Assembly: GCA_963791965.1 (NCBI GenBank)
Contig: CAWBUK010000007.1
Location: forward strand, 9,586-73,585
Direction: 5' to 3'
DNA: 64,000 bases
Source of the DNA: an uncultured Acidobacteriaceae bacterium
GTDB taxonomy: Bacteria > Acidobacteriota > Terriglobia > Terriglobales > Acidobacteriaceae
The translations under genes were made by a program, and so were the position numbers. Positions within the stretch are counted from its first letter, which is position 1, and each line of letters starts with the position of its first letter. Positions 1 to 9,905 of this stretch are shown here, piece after piece. Under the pieces are notes generated by a model. The model was not told where the DNA came from. It saw only the letters and a program-made list of their open reading frames with translations, and did no database searches.

Positions 1-597
1 CGTGCTGGCTACAACCGGAGATCCCTTCGCGGTGCCCACAACCCGCGCGTCGGGAAGGCTCCAATCCACCAGCCTTACCTCTCGCACCGGAACGTCGCTG
101 GACGTAGCCGCTATCTTGATCTCCTGCCGTACATAATTTGAGCCATCGCGCAAAATCACTCGCCATGTGACGTGAACCTTGCCGGGTGTGTCCGCGAACT
201 CGACCACCACGGCTTTACCGGGAGCCTGCTGCGATATCGGCAGAGCTCCGGCTTCCGCGGGGAGATCGACCAGGCGTGGCGGCCCCGCCAACTTCAGGGC
301 AGAAGCGGACAGAATGCTGCCGTCCCCAAGCAGAAGGGTGAAGGGAACTCGTTGCGCAGCCAGCGCGCGGTGTGTGATGAGGTCGGTGAAATCCTGGCCC
401 GTGATATTTTCGCCGTCAATCTTCCACCGCATGCGCAAAACATCATTGGCCACGCTGAAACCGTCGCCATTTACGTCTGCTTTTGCATTTCCTGGAGTCG
501 GGGCGAAATAGACAGGGGTATCCGCCGCCAGTAACGCAGCAGGGAAGAGCAGCGTAATCAGCAGTCCTAGTGACGCGAGCCGATGTTGAATCTTCAT
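1..597 (-). CDS. secreted hypothetical protein, N-terminal part (partial, continues past window start)
   Basis: Absent from the ORF track because there is no stop in the window. Manual minus-strand translation from ATG (595-597) is stop-free down to position 1: MKIQHRLASLGLLITLLFPAALLAADTPVYFAP..., a clear signal peptide. It starts 10 nt downstream of the symporter stop, so it is probably in the same operon. Confidence 0.6.
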   Translation of the reverse strand, partial: MKIQHRLASLGLLITLLFPAALLAADTPVYFAPTPGNAKADVNGDGFSVANDVLRMRWKIDGENITGQDFTDLITHRALAAQRVPFTLLLGDGSILSASALKLAGPPRLVDLPAEAGALPISQQAPGKAVVVEFADTPGKVHVTWRVILRDGSNYVRQEIKIAATSSDVPVREVRLVDWSLPDARVVGTAKGSPVVAST

Positions 598-606
598 TCG
601 TAGGAC

Positions 607-2070
607 CTATGAAACTGTTTCCGCTCCTGCCGGGAGTACTGTCGGATCGCCCGGAGCGCGCTTGACCAGCAGCGAGCCGAGAATCATGCCTGCTGCCGCC
701 ATCGCGAAAGCTGCGCCTCCGGCATAACTGGCTGGAACTTTGAATAGGAAGAAGGCAACGGTAGCGATGGCTCCGCCCGCCATGGCCATGTATCCGCCCA
801 ACGTGGAGGCACGGCTCCAGAATAGCCCTGCGATCACCGACACCAGCGTTCCCGACAGATAGATGGTGGCCGTCATGTTCAGATAAAAATAAGTTGGTCC
901 GGGCAGCGTGTACCACAGGCCCCACACCATCACGAACAGACTCACGAACAGATTGGCGCCGCGATTCAGCAACACCTGCTGTAGAGAGGTGAGAGGGTGC
1001 TTGCGCAGCGGCAGGATGATGTCCTGCGCAATGATCGAGCTCCAGCCCAGCAGATAAGAGCTGTTCACCGACATGGTGGCGGCGAGCATGCCGGCCACGA
1101 CCAGTCCCAGGATGCCCGACGGCAGTATCGTCGCCAGCATCCGCGGCATGGCTTCGAGTGAATTCTGTGCCGGGCCAAGCATCGCCAGGGCAGCGATTCC
1201 CCACATCATCGGCATCATGCCGCGTCCCAAAAAGATGAATCCTGTCCACAAAAAAACGCGCTTGCTGACTTCCGGGCTGCGGGTCGAGAAGTTGCGCATG
1301 GCGGTTGTCTGCCAACAGGTATGAACGGCCAGCCAGATCAAAATCTGAAACGCGATATACGCCCAGCCGTAATCGGGATTGGAGAACGGATTGAACCCGC
1401 CTGCGCCCATGGTCTGGTGAACGGCGTTGTACATGTGGGCGAGTCCAGCCGAACGCACGGCCCACACCGTCACTAGAATTGTGCCCAGGCTCAGCGCCAC
1501 AAACTGGATGAAGTCGGTGATGACGATCGACACCATTCCGCCGAGCACGGTATAGACCAGCTCCAGCAGAAGTATTCCCGTCATGACCGCCTTGATGTGG
1601 GTCAGCGGGATGCCCGAGATCAGCGCCAGGAACGTGCCCTCGACTTTCAGGAACACGCCCATGTTGAGGATGCCGCCGGTGGCGACCAGAATCCCGGTGA
1701 ACACGCGCAGGTTACGGCTGAACTTGACCTGGAAGAATTCGGGGACGGTCATCAACTGCATCGCGCGCAGGCGCTTGACGATGAACCCGGTACGGCCGAT
1801 GAAGATCATGACCAGCCCGGCGATTAGTCCGTTGACGAACGAGGCGTAGCCGGTCTTGTAGCCCAGCTCCGCGTAATACATAAAGGTGATGGTGCCGATT
1901 TCGGTGGCAGCCAGCGTGGCTACGGCGAGATAGGTTCCTAGCTCTCGCCCGGCCACCAGGAAATCAGAAATGCCGCCGACAAACTTGCGCCCATACAGGC
2001 CCATCGCGAGTGTCGCGGCTAAATAGGTGACGACGATAATCCAGTCGAGAAGTGAGAAGTGGGTGGCCAT
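607..2070 (-). CDS. sodium:solute symporter (SSS) family transporter
   Basis: 487-aa polytopic membrane ORF. The N-terminus (DWIIVVTYLAATLAMGLYGRKF..SDFLVAGRELG) and overall pattern are typical of the SSS family. Confidence 0.9.
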   Translation of the reverse strand: MATHFSLLDWIIVVTYLAATLAMGLYGRKFVGGISDFLVAGRELGTYLAVATLAATEIGTITFMYYAELGYKTGYASFVNGLIAGLVMIFIGRTGFIVKRLRAMQLMTVPEFFQVKFSRNLRVFTGILVATGGILNMGVFLKVEGTFLALISGIPLTHIKAVMTGILLLELVYTVLGGMVSIVITDFIQFVALSLGTILVTVWAVRSAGLAHMYNAVHQTMGAGGFNPFSNPDYGWAYIAFQILIWLAVHTCWQTTAMRNFSTRSPEVSKRVFLWTGFIFLGRGMMPMMWGIAALAMLGPAQNSLEAMPRMLATILPSGILGLVVAGMLAATMSVNSSYLLGWSSIIAQDIILPLRKHPLTSLQQVLLNRGANLFVSLFVMVWGLWYTLPGPTYFYLNMTATIYLSGTLVSVIAGLFWSRASTLGGYMAMAGGAIATVAFFLFKVPASYAGGAAFAMAAAGMILGSLLVKRAPGDPTVLPAGAETVS

Positions 2071-2231
2071 TATTGCGGGCGCTTCGCCTGCTCCCGCAGA
2101 TTGGTGAACATCTGTCGCAGATCACGCACTCCGCGCACCATTACGATCAGCGCAATAATCCCAAAGGCGGAGCCGGCGAGAAAGAAGTTCGCCATCCAAA
2201 ATTCGTACCAGCCATTCATAGTCGCGGCCAT
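2070..2231 (-). CDS. small (53 aa) single-TM protein translationally coupled to the symporter
   Basis: Below the ORF-track size cutoff. Manual translation gives MAATMNGWYEFWMANFFLAGSAFGIIALIVMVRGVRDLRQMFTNLREQAKRPQ*. Its TAA overlaps the symporter ATG (TAATG at 2068-2072). Confidence 0.55.
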   Translation of the reverse strand: MAATMNGWYEFWMANFFLAGSAFGIIALIVMVRGVRDLRQMFTNLREQAKRPQ

Positions 2232-2294
2232 TGTAATTCAGCGCTGGTTTGCAACCAGGGAGATGGCGCCGTGCATTACACTGGGGCGCGAACC

Positions 2295-3104
2295 ATGACA
2301 GAGACGGCAGTGATCCGTAAAGCCGTGATTCTTGCCCGCGGACTTGGCACCCGAATGCGCCGCGAGGACACCGGCGCCGTGCTGAGCAGCGAACAGTCTG
2401 AGGCAGCCGAGGCTGGCATCAAGGCCATGATTCCGGTGGGGCGGCCGTTTCTCGACTATCTGCTCAGCAGCCTCGCCGACGCGGGATTCGATCATGTCTG
2501 CCTGGTGATTGGCCCCGAACACGGCGCGGTTCGCAATTATTACGCTCGCATTCAAGCTGCGCGGATACAGGTTAGTTTCGCAGTGCAGGCAGAGGCGCTT
2601 GGAACGGCAAACGCCCTCCTGCCAGCGGAGGAGTTTACCGGCGACGATCAATTTCTGATGATTAATGGGGATAACTACTACCCGGCTGACGCTCTGCTTG
2701 CCATTCGGCAGCTTAAACAGCCGGGGGCAGTGCTCTTTCCTGCGGACACACTGGCGCTCAACGGTAATATCCCAGCGGAGCGCATAAAGGACTTCGCCGC
2801 CGCCATTGTCAACGAGCAGGGCTTCCTGGTTCACATAGAGGAAAAGCCGCAACCTGAGTCGGATGGCCGCCGCCTGGTGAGCATGAACTGCTGGCGATTC
2901 AGCCGGGACATCTTTTCTCTATGCCGCGAGGTTCCCTCGTCCGTGCGTGGCGAATTTGAGCTACCGATGGCCGTCAACCTGGGAATTGCCCGAGGTCTGA
3001 GGATGAAGGTCTCCATCTCTCATGGCGGGGTGCTCGACCTGTCGCGCCGTTCCGATATCGCTGCGGTCGCTGTGCGACTGAAAGATGTTCAGGTAAATCT
3101 ATGA
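2295..3104 (+). CDS. sugar-phosphate nucleotidyltransferase family protein
   Basis: Internal ATG of ORF 2052..3104. N-terminal AVILARGLGTRMR (GxGTR pyrophosphorylase signature) and an NTP_transferase-like fold pattern (MINGDNYY). Confidence 0.8.
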   Translation: MTETAVIRKAVILARGLGTRMRREDTGAVLSSEQSEAAEAGIKAMIPVGRPFLDYLLSSLADAGFDHVCLVIGPEHGAVRNYYARIQAARIQVSFAVQAEALGTANALLPAEEFTGDDQFLMINGDNYYPADALLAIRQLKQPGAVLFPADTLALNGNIPAERIKDFAAAIVNEQGFLVHIEEKPQPESDGRRLVSMNCWRFSRDIFSLCREVPSSVRGEFELPMAVNLGIARGLRMKVSISHGGVLDLSRRSDIAAVAVRLKDVQVNL

Positions 3105-3221
3105 CGACCACCCCTGCCGAGCGTTTGGTGCGGGCCGGCATGAGCCAGGCACGAAGCTCGCCGCAAAGCGCAGCTCTTCGACGCGTTAACGCAGCAGCTA
3201 TCAGCAGGCGATCCGAGCGAA

Positions 3222-4427
3222 GTGATGCGATGGTTCGTCCCTGGACGTATCGAGGTTCTCGGCAAGCACACCGATTATGCCGGGGGCCGTAGCTTGCTCT
3301 GCACGGCTGAGCGCGGATTTTGTGTTGTCGCCACTCCGCGCACGGACCCGGTTGTTAAGGTGAACGACATCGTCCGACAGCAGAGCCTTGAGTTCACCAT
3401 CTCCTCCGAGCTCGCGATTCCGCCCTCGGGCTGGAGGGTATTCCCGATGGTGGTGGCGCGGCGCCTGGCGCGCAATTTTGGCGACGACTGTCGCGGCGCG
3501 GAGATCGCCTTCGCCAGCGACCTGCCTTCTGCTGCGGGAATGAGCAGTTCGAGCGCGCTGCTCACCGCTATCTTCACCGTTCTAAGCGCGATCAATCATC
3601 TTCAGGAGCGCGCGGAGTTCAATGCTGAGATCCGAACCATCGAAGACCTGGCTGGTTACCTGGGCTGTATTGAAAACGGCCAGAGCTATAAGTCCTTGCA
3701 AGGCGACGGCGGAGTCGGCACGTTTGGCGGAAGCGAAGATCACACTGCCATCCTTGCCAGCGAACCCGGGCAGTTGAAGCAGTACGCCTTCTGCCCCGTG
3801 CGCCTGGAGCGCTCAGTTCCAATGCCGGCCGCGTGCGTGTTCGTAATCGCGGTTAGCGGCGTGGTGGCAGATAAAACCGGAACCGCTCGCGCTCAATACA
3901 ACCGCGCGTCCGAAGCGACCGGGCACATTCTGGAGATATGGCGCGCCGCGACTGGGGCAACCGATCAGACACTAGCGAGTGTCTTGGCTGCCCCCGATTC
4001 CGTCGATCGTGTACGCCACGTTCTCAAGCAAGCCGGCGCCGATGCGCGATGGCTCGGTGATCGATTCGAGCAATTCTGGCAAGAGTCCGACGTGATTATT
4101 CCGCAGGCGTGTGATGCGCTTGCTCGGAACGATCTGAACAGATTCGGCGAACTGGTTGACCAGTCGCAAACTGGGGCCGAAGCGCTGCTGGAAAATCAGG
4201 TGCCTGAGACAATCTGGCTTGCACGCGAGGCACGCTCGCTCGGAGCGTATGCGGCATCTGCTTTTGGCGCCGGCTTCGGAGGCAGCGTCTGGGCACTGGT
4301 CTCGCAGGAGGGAGCCGCGAAATTGGCCGAGCAATGGCGAGAAAGCTACCTGGCGAGCTCGCATCACGCCGCAGCGAAGTCCGAGTTCTTCGTCACCGCT
4401 GCCGGGCCCTCGCTTACCCGGTTGTGA
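3222..4427 (+). CDS. GHMP-family sugar kinase (galactokinase-like)
   Basis: [15 protein letters not shown] (galactokinase-type N-terminal signature) and [13 protein letters not shown] (GHMP ATP-binding motif). Confidence 0.8.
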   Translation: MMRWFVPGRIEVLGKHTDYAGGRSLLCTAERGFCVVATPRTDPVVKVNDIVRQQSLEFTISSELAIPPSGWRVFPMVVARRLARNFGDDCRGAEIAFASDLPSAAGMSSSSALLTAIFTVLSAINHLQERAEFNAEIRTIEDLAGYLGCIENGQSYKSLQGDGGVGTFGGSEDHTAILASEPGQLKQYAFCPVRLERSVPMPAACVFVIAVSGVVADKTGTARAQYNRASEATGHILEIWRAATGATDQTLASVLAAPDSVDRVRHVLKQAGADARWLGDRFEQFWQESDVIIPQACDALARNDLNRFGELVDQSQTGAEALLENQVPETIWLAREARSLGAYAASAFGAGFGGSVWALVSQEGAAKLAEQWRESYLASSHHAAAKSEFFVTAAGPSLTRL

Positions 4428-5388
4428 TTTGCTGCTGTTTCCAATTCCAGGCGCTGGCAATGATGGAGTCGAGATCGGAATATTGCGGAGTCCATCCCAA
4501 CTCGCGGCGAATTTTCTCTGAGCTTGCGACCAGAACCGCAGGATCTCCCGGCCGCCGTGCTGCCTCCACCACCGGGATCGCAAGCCCCGTCACCCGCTGC
4601 GCGCTATCGATTACCTCTCTCACGCTGAACCCGCGACCGTTGCCCAGGTTATAGATGAGCCGTTCCGATTGCTCAAGCGCCTGCAGCGCGAGAATGTGCG
4701 CTTGCGCCAGATCGCTCACGTGGATGTAGTCCCGGACACAAGTGCCATCAGGCGTGGGATAGTCGGTCCCGAAGATCGAGATGGATTTGCGTTCTCCGGT
4801 GGCTGCCTGCAACACCAGGGGAATCAGGTGGCTCTCCGGCTGATGGCGCTCGCCCGAGTGCCCATCCGATCCCGCGGCATTGAAGTAGCGAAGGCTGGCA
4901 TAACGCAAACCGTGGATCTGTCCCAACCACGCCAGCATGCGTTCGACCAGCAGTTTGGATTCACCGTAAGCGTTCGTGGGCTCCAACGCCGCGCTTTCGT
5001 CAATCGGGATTTGCCGTGGCTCTCCGTACAACGCAGCGGTAGAAGAGAAGATGAATTTGCGGACGCCGTTCGCCAGCATCGCTTCCAGCAGCGTTAAGGT
5101 GGCGGCAGAATTGTTGCGAAAGAACCGCTCAGGCTCTTTCATCGATTCGCCCGCTTCAATGAACGCGGCGAAGTGAAAGACGGCCTCCGGTTGATGCTCG
5201 CGGAAAGCTGAGTCAAGAGAGCCGCGGTCGGCTACGTCCGCCACCACCAACGGCACATCCGGCGGCAGGGCATCGCGATGTCCTTTGCACAGGTTGTCGT
5301 ACACTGCTACTTCGTGCCCGCCAGCCAGCAGCGATCGCACCGTGGTCGCACCTATATATCCCGCTCCTCCGGTTACGAGAACTTTCAT
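4414..5388 (-). CDS. galE: UDP-glucose 4-epimerase
   Basis: [13 protein letters not shown] Rossmann motif and YGESK (YxxxK). An AGGAG RBS precedes the ATG at 5388. The 3' end overlaps the convergent kinase gene by 14 nt. Confidence 0.9.
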   Translation of the reverse strand: MKVLVTGGAGYIGATTVRSLLAGGHEVAVYDNLCKGHRDALPPDVPLVVADVADRGSLDSAFREHQPEAVFHFAAFIEAGESMKEPERFFRNNSAATLTLLEAMLANGVRKFIFSSTAALYGEPRQIPIDESAALEPTNAYGESKLLVERMLAWLGQIHGLRYASLRYFNAAGSDGHSGERHQPESHLIPLVLQAATGERKSISIFGTDYPTPDGTCVRDYIHVSDLAQAHILALQALEQSERLIYNLGNGRGFSVREVIDSAQRVTGLAIPVVEAARRPGDPAVLVASSEKIRRELGWTPQYSDLDSIIASAWNWKQQQITTG

Positions 5389-5497
5389 GCCTCTCCTTAT
5401 AACATCTTGTCTCCCAGCTTCCGGCGGTTCGCCATCCTCGGTATGATGATTCATCCCGACGCGTTATCGAGAAGTTGGCGGCCGGTGGGCTTTTGAG

Positions 5498-6508
5498 ATG
5501 AAAGGCAAGCGACAACTTGTAGCTGAGACATTTGCCACGACGGGGCTACTCCGCCTGCTGGAGGCGACGCTGCGGCGCGACGCGCTGTTGGTGATTAACT
5601 ATCACCGCATCGGCAATGCTGAGGAGACGCCCTACGATTCCGGCACCTTCGGACCCACAGCCCAGCAATTCGACTGGGAGATGAACTACGTGAAGTCCCG
5701 CTTCGATTGCGTGGGCCTCGAAGAAGCACTCGCCATGATGACCGGCGAAGCGCCCGTGCGGTCGAGCCTGCTCATCACCTTCGATGACGGCAACATCGAT
5801 AACTATCATGCCGCCTTTCCCATCCTGCGCTCGCATGGCCTTCAGGCTACGTTTTTTTTGCCGACATCCTTTATCGGAACCCAGCGCCTGCCCTGGTGGG
5901 ACACGATCGCCTACATCGTGAAGCACAGCAGGAAAGACAGCTTCAGGATCCACTACCCGCAGCCGGCTGAATTTCGCCTCGATCGCGCCAGGCCTTCGGC
6001 TACCGTCTTCCAGTTATTGCTGTTCTGCTCCAATCACGCCGCCACCAACTACGCTCCCCTTATCGACGAGTTGGAAACCGCCTGTGATTGTGCCCGGCCC
6101 AACGGCAGCTCAGAGCGTTGCTTCATGAACTGGGATGAGGTTCGCGAAATGCAGGCCGCGGGCATGAGCTTCGGCTCGCACACTCACAACCACGAAGTGC
6201 TCAGCGGATTGCCGCTCGAGGGCCAACGATCTGAGCTGGCGGAATCGCGGGTGATCCTGGAGCGCGAACTCGGTCGAGTTGTCGACATCCTCGCCTATCC
6301 CGTGGGACGCCCTTACACCTTCAATGCCGATACGCGCGCGGCACTCGAAGACTGCGGATATCGCGCTGCATTCTCGTTTTATGGTGGGCTAAATCCGCGC
6401 GACAAGGTGAATCGCCTCGACATCCGCCGTGAAGATTGCCACTCGCCGAGCACCGCTCTGTTCCGGCTTCAGACCACGTTAGCCGCCGTCGGACTCTCCC
6501 GTTCCTGA
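5498..6508 (+). CDS. polysaccharide deacetylase (NodB-homology) family protein
   Basis: LLITFDDGNIDNY (TFDDG motif), HTHNH, and overall length and pattern. Confidence 0.85.
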   Translation: MKGKRQLVAETFATTGLLRLLEATLRRDALLVINYHRIGNAEETPYDSGTFGPTAQQFDWEMNYVKSRFDCVGLEEALAMMTGEAPVRSSLLITFDDGNIDNYHAAFPILRSHGLQATFFLPTSFIGTQRLPWWDTIAYIVKHSRKDSFRIHYPQPAEFRLDRARPSATVFQLLLFCSNHAATNYAPLIDELETACDCARPNGSSERCFMNWDEVREMQAAGMSFGSHTHNHEVLSGLPLEGQRSELAESRVILERELGRVVDILAYPVGRPYTFNADTRAALEDCGYRAAFSFYGGLNPRDKVNRLDIRREDCHSPSTALFRLQTTLAAVGLSRS

Positions 6509-6552
6509 TTCCCTCGACCGGCCCATCTTTGCCGAGTTGCTACCATGGGTCG

Positions 6553-7614
6553 ATGGCTTTGCAGGCTCGCATCTCGTTACCCCACGACCGCGATGGCATT
6601 ACCGAACTGATGCACAAGGCTTTTGGCTCCGAGCTCAGCCCGGCATCCGTCGATCCCGGCTTCCAGCAATGGAAGTATTGGGATGCGCATCCCTTTGCGG
6701 TTAGCGGACGAAGCTACGTGCTGGACGGCAAAGAGCGGATCGTCGGAAATGCCTGCCGATGGCCGCTGCGGATCGTCACGACTGCGGGCACCTTCGACGC
6801 CTTTCACCTCATCGACTGGGCGGCCGACTCCTCTCATGCCGGTTCGGGATTGCAGGTGCTGCGCGATTCCTGCGATAACTCGGCGGCGCTATTCTCCATC
6901 GGCGGCAGCCCTTTGACTCTTCGTATGCTGCCCGCGCTCGGCCAACATCTACGTCGTCAGCGCAGCCGGGCTAGTGCCATGTCGTATCAAGTCATGGGCA
7001 AGGTGCACTTCTTGAGCCGCCCACTGAAGCCGATCGCCGCTGCATTCCGTGAATCTCCTTTGGAATTGAGGACGCCTGCCCGTCTAGCGAAAAACGTTCT
7101 TTACGCTGCTGTGACCAGTGCGAAGCTTCCATCCGGCGTTAGCTTCAGGCCGGTTTCGCCAGCTGAGATCCCCGCCCACCTGTGGCCCCAGCCGACCTCC
7201 GATTTCGCAACAACCGCTCGCAACCCCGAGCTCTTGCAGCACTTCGCGAACTGCCCGGTGCTTAAGCAGCCAATGTGCTTCGTTATCACTCGCGATGGAA
7301 CTCCAATCGCCTACTTTTTCATGGTGCGGGCGGGCGGCCAGGTGCGGATCGCCGACTACGGTCCAGCCGGCCTGAACTCTAACACAGCGAAGCTGCTGGG
7401 CATCGCTGCACAACTTGCCGCACGGCAGCACTATCCTGATGTTTTGCGCATTGCCGTGGCGACGTCGGAACCTGCCGTGCAGGCTGGGCTAACTGACTCC
7501 GGGCTTCTCAATACCTACCAGGAAGAGATACGCGGCCTCATCGCCGATCCGGGGCTTTCCGCGGTCAAGCAATACCGCCTCACCTATCTCGACCTCGACG
7601 CCCTCTGTCTATAG
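6553..7614 (+). CDS. hypothetical protein (possibly GNAT-fold acyltransferase-like)
   Basis: Long ORF with coding-like composition, using the internal ATG at 6553 of ORF 6436..7614. I recognise no diagnostic motif, so the function is a guess from context. Confidence 0.55.
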   Translation: MALQARISLPHDRDGITELMHKAFGSELSPASVDPGFQQWKYWDAHPFAVSGRSYVLDGKERIVGNACRWPLRIVTTAGTFDAFHLIDWAADSSHAGSGLQVLRDSCDNSAALFSIGGSPLTLRMLPALGQHLRRQRSRASAMSYQVMGKVHFLSRPLKPIAAAFRESPLELRTPARLAKNVLYAAVTSAKLPSGVSFRPVSPAEIPAHLWPQPTSDFATTARNPELLQHFANCPVLKQPMCFVITRDGTPIAYFFMVRAGGQVRIADYGPAGLNSNTAKLLGIAAQLAARQHYPDVLRIAVATSEPAVQAGLTDSGLLNTYQEEIRGLIADPGLSAVKQYRLTYLDLDALCL

Positions 7615-7642
7615 AAAAGAAACGAGCTCTGAGCTACCTTCG

Positions 7643-7671
7643 TTGACCCTTCTTCGCGCATCCCGTAATCT
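7643..7671 (+). promoter_or_regulatory. candidate sigma70-type promoter upstream of the cysteine-synthase-like gene
   Basis: TTGACC (7643-7648), 17-nt spacer, TAATCT (7666-7671), about 30 nt upstream of the start codon. Confidence 0.3.
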
Positions 7672-7700
7672 TTTCTAGAGTCCATTCCGCACGGGTGAGA

Positions 7701-8655
7701 ATGAAAACAGTCGAGACGAGTACCCTCCGGGTCGCCGAAGAGATCACTGAGCTTGTGGGCGAAACCCCGGTCCTTCACCTTCGTCGTCTGGTTCCTGACG
7801 GCGCCGCCGACGTTTACGCCAAGCTTGAGTATCTGAATCCTGGTGGCAGTATCAAAGATCGCGCCGCGCTGGGCATGATTCTTCGCGCCGAGCGCGAAGG
7901 CAAGCTTGAGCCGGGTGCAACCATCTTCGAGGCCACCGCCGGCAACACCGGTGTCGGACTGGCTCTCATCGGATGCAGCCGCGGCTACAAGACGGTGCTC
8001 GCGGTTCCCGAGGGTTTTTCGCAGGAAAAATGTCACGCTCATGGAGGCGCTTGGCGCTGAGGTGATTCGTACTCCTCGCGCCGATGGTATGCAGGGCGCA
8101 ATCGATTACATGACTGCGCGCGCTGCCACCACTCCCAAAGCCTTCATCGCAGGACAATTCGAAAATCAAGCCAATCCCGACTTCCACTACGAAACCACTG
8201 CCCGCGAACTTTACGAGCAACTGCAGGGACGCGTCGATGCCGTGGTAATCGGCTCTGGCACCGGCGGAACCTTCACCGGTATTGCACGCTTCATGAAAGA
8301 AAAAAATCCCCACGTGCTGACCATTGCCGTGGAGACCCAGGGATCGGTGCTCGGCGGGGGCCCCAAGGGGGAGCACGAGGTGGAGGGTATTGGCGCCAGC
8401 TTCATTCCCAAAACGTTCGACTACTCCGTCTGTGACCAGATCATCGCCGTCAGTGATGCCGACGCCTTTGACATGGTGAAGCAGCTTGCCGCAAAAGAAG
8501 GAGTCTTCGGCGGATCCAGCGCCGGAGCAAACGTCTTTGCGTCGATTGAAATCGCCAAACGCCTTGGTCCCGGCAAGCGCGTCGCGACCATTATTCCCGA
8601 TTCGGCGGAGCGGTACCTGTCGAAAGACATTTTTCATTTCGGAGAAAATAAGTAA
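7701..8655 (+). pseudogene. cysteine synthase / cystathionine beta-synthase-like PLP enzyme, interrupted by a 1-nt frame shift
   Basis: ORFs 7695..8060 and 7906..8655 are the two halves of one CysK/CBS-fold protein ([12 protein letters not shown]-lysine motif; GSGTGGTFTG). The frame changes at or next to the A5 run at 8026-8030 (..PEGFSQE(K/N)[15 protein letters not shown]..). Confidence 0.8.
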
Positions 8656-8758
8656 TTGGCAGTTGGCACTTAGCATTTGGCTTTTGGCGAAATCGAAGAG
8701 GCGCATCTCGACCGATTGGAACTAAATGCCAGGTGCCAAATGCCAAAAGCTAAGCATC
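8654..8758. repeat. inverted pair of heptamer-periodic arrays
   Basis: 8654-8688 reads AATTGGC AGTTGGC ACTTAGC ATTTGGC TTTTGGC and starts inside the upstream TAA stop. 8724-8758 reads AAATGCC AGGTGCC AAATGCC AAAAGCT AAGCATC, the reverse-complement word, and contains the ATG (8740) of the next gene. Confidence 0.75.
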
Positions 8759-9897
8759 CCGGCTTCTCCACTCGCGCCATCCACGTTGGCAACCAGCCCG
8801 ATCCGTCCACCGGAGCGGTAGCCCCTCCCATTTTTGCCACCTCAACCTATGCTCAGGAAGAGCTGGGTAAAACCAAGGGCTACGACTACTCGCGCGCCGG
8901 CAATCCCACCCGCACCCGTCTGGAAGAGAACCTCGCAACCCTCGAGGGCGGCGTGGCAGCTCGCGTATTCTCCAGCGGAATGGCGGCCATTGGAGCCGTT
9001 TGCCAGATGATGAAAGCGGGCGATCACATCGTCGCCTCCAACAATCTCTATGGCGGCGTGCCGCGGCTCTTCAACCAGCTTCTGACCAACTACGGTCTGG
9101 AGTTCACTTACGTCGACACCTCCGACCCGAGCAATGTCGAGCGCGCCATCCGCCCAACCACGCGCTACGTGCATATCGAGACCCCGACCAATCCCCTGAT
9201 GGGACTCACCGATATCGCTGCCGTCAGCCGCATTGCGCACAAGCATGGCTGCGAAGTGGTGGTCGATAACACCTTTCTGTCGCCCTATTTTCAGCAGCCC
9301 ATCAAGTTTGGCGCCGACATCGTGATGCACTCGACGACCAAGTTTCTCAACGGGCACAGCGACGGCATCGGCGGAGTGCTGGTGTGTACCACCGCCGAGC
9401 AGGCAGAGAAGCTGGCGTTCATCCAGAAGGCCGCCGGCGCAATTCTTTCTCCCTTTGAGTGCTGGCTGATTTTGCGTGGCACCAAAACGCTCGCCGTTCG
9501 CATGAAGCAGCACGACGAAAACGGTCGCGTGGTTGCCGATTTCCTCAGCCGGCAGCGCAAAGTGAAGCAGGTGTTCTACCCCGGGCTGAAGAGCCATCCG
9601 CAATACGCGCTGGCTCGACGGCAGCAGACCGGGTTCGGCTCCATGATCACCTTCGAAACCGGATCGCTGAGCAACGCCAAGCGTTTTCTCAAGCGCGTGA
9701 GCGTCTGCACCCTGGGCGAGTCGCTCGGAGGTGTCGAGACGCTGATCTCGCATCCCGCCAGCATGACGCACATGGCCATCGGCGCAGCTGGACGCAAGGC
9801 GATTGGCTTGACCGACGGTATGGTGCGCATCTCGGTTGGGATCGAGAATGTCGAAGACATCATCGCCGACCTGCAACAGGCGCTCGCGGCGATTTGA
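8740..9897 (+). CDS. cystathionine gamma-lyase/gamma-synthase family PLP enzyme
   Basis: Cys/Met-metabolism PLP family pattern: FSTRAIHVGNQPDPSTGAV, HSTTKFLNGHSD (PLP lysine), C-terminal ISVGIEN. Confidence 0.85.
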   Translation: MPKAKHPGFSTRAIHVGNQPDPSTGAVAPPIFATSTYAQEELGKTKGYDYSRAGNPTRTRLEENLATLEGGVAARVFSSGMAAIGAVCQMMKAGDHIVASNNLYGGVPRLFNQLLTNYGLEFTYVDTSDPSNVERAIRPTTRYVHIETPTNPLMGLTDIAAVSRIAHKHGCEVVVDNTFLSPYFQQPIKFGADIVMHSTTKFLNGHSDGIGGVLVCTTAEQAEKLAFIQKAAGAILSPFECWLILRGTKTLAVRMKQHDENGRVVADFLSRQRKVKQVFYPGLKSHPQYALARRQQTGFGSMITFETGSLSNAKRFLKRVSVCTLGESLGGVETLISHPASMTHMAIGAAGRKAIGLTDGMVRISVGIENVEDIIADLQQALAAI

Positions 9898-9905
9898 AAA
9901 GCCGC

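Noticed and set aside
443-1465. Long antisense or alternate-frame ORFs listed in the track: 443..1465, 8842..9876, 9860..10879, 30060..31109, 50243..51313, 59393..60454, 61874..62638, 46350..47369 and similar.
   Set aside because: They lie opposite or out of frame to genes with clear family motifs. Their Arg/Gly/Pro/His-rich, low-complexity translations are typical of shadow ORFs in GC-rich DNA, and they lack recognisable motifs.
8020-8035. Programmed ribosomal frameshifting at the A5 run in the CysK/CBS-like gene.
   Set aside because: I see no recognisable slippery heptamer plus downstream structure. About 14 other genes of unrelated function show the same kind of single-base disruption, which argues for indel error rather than recoding.
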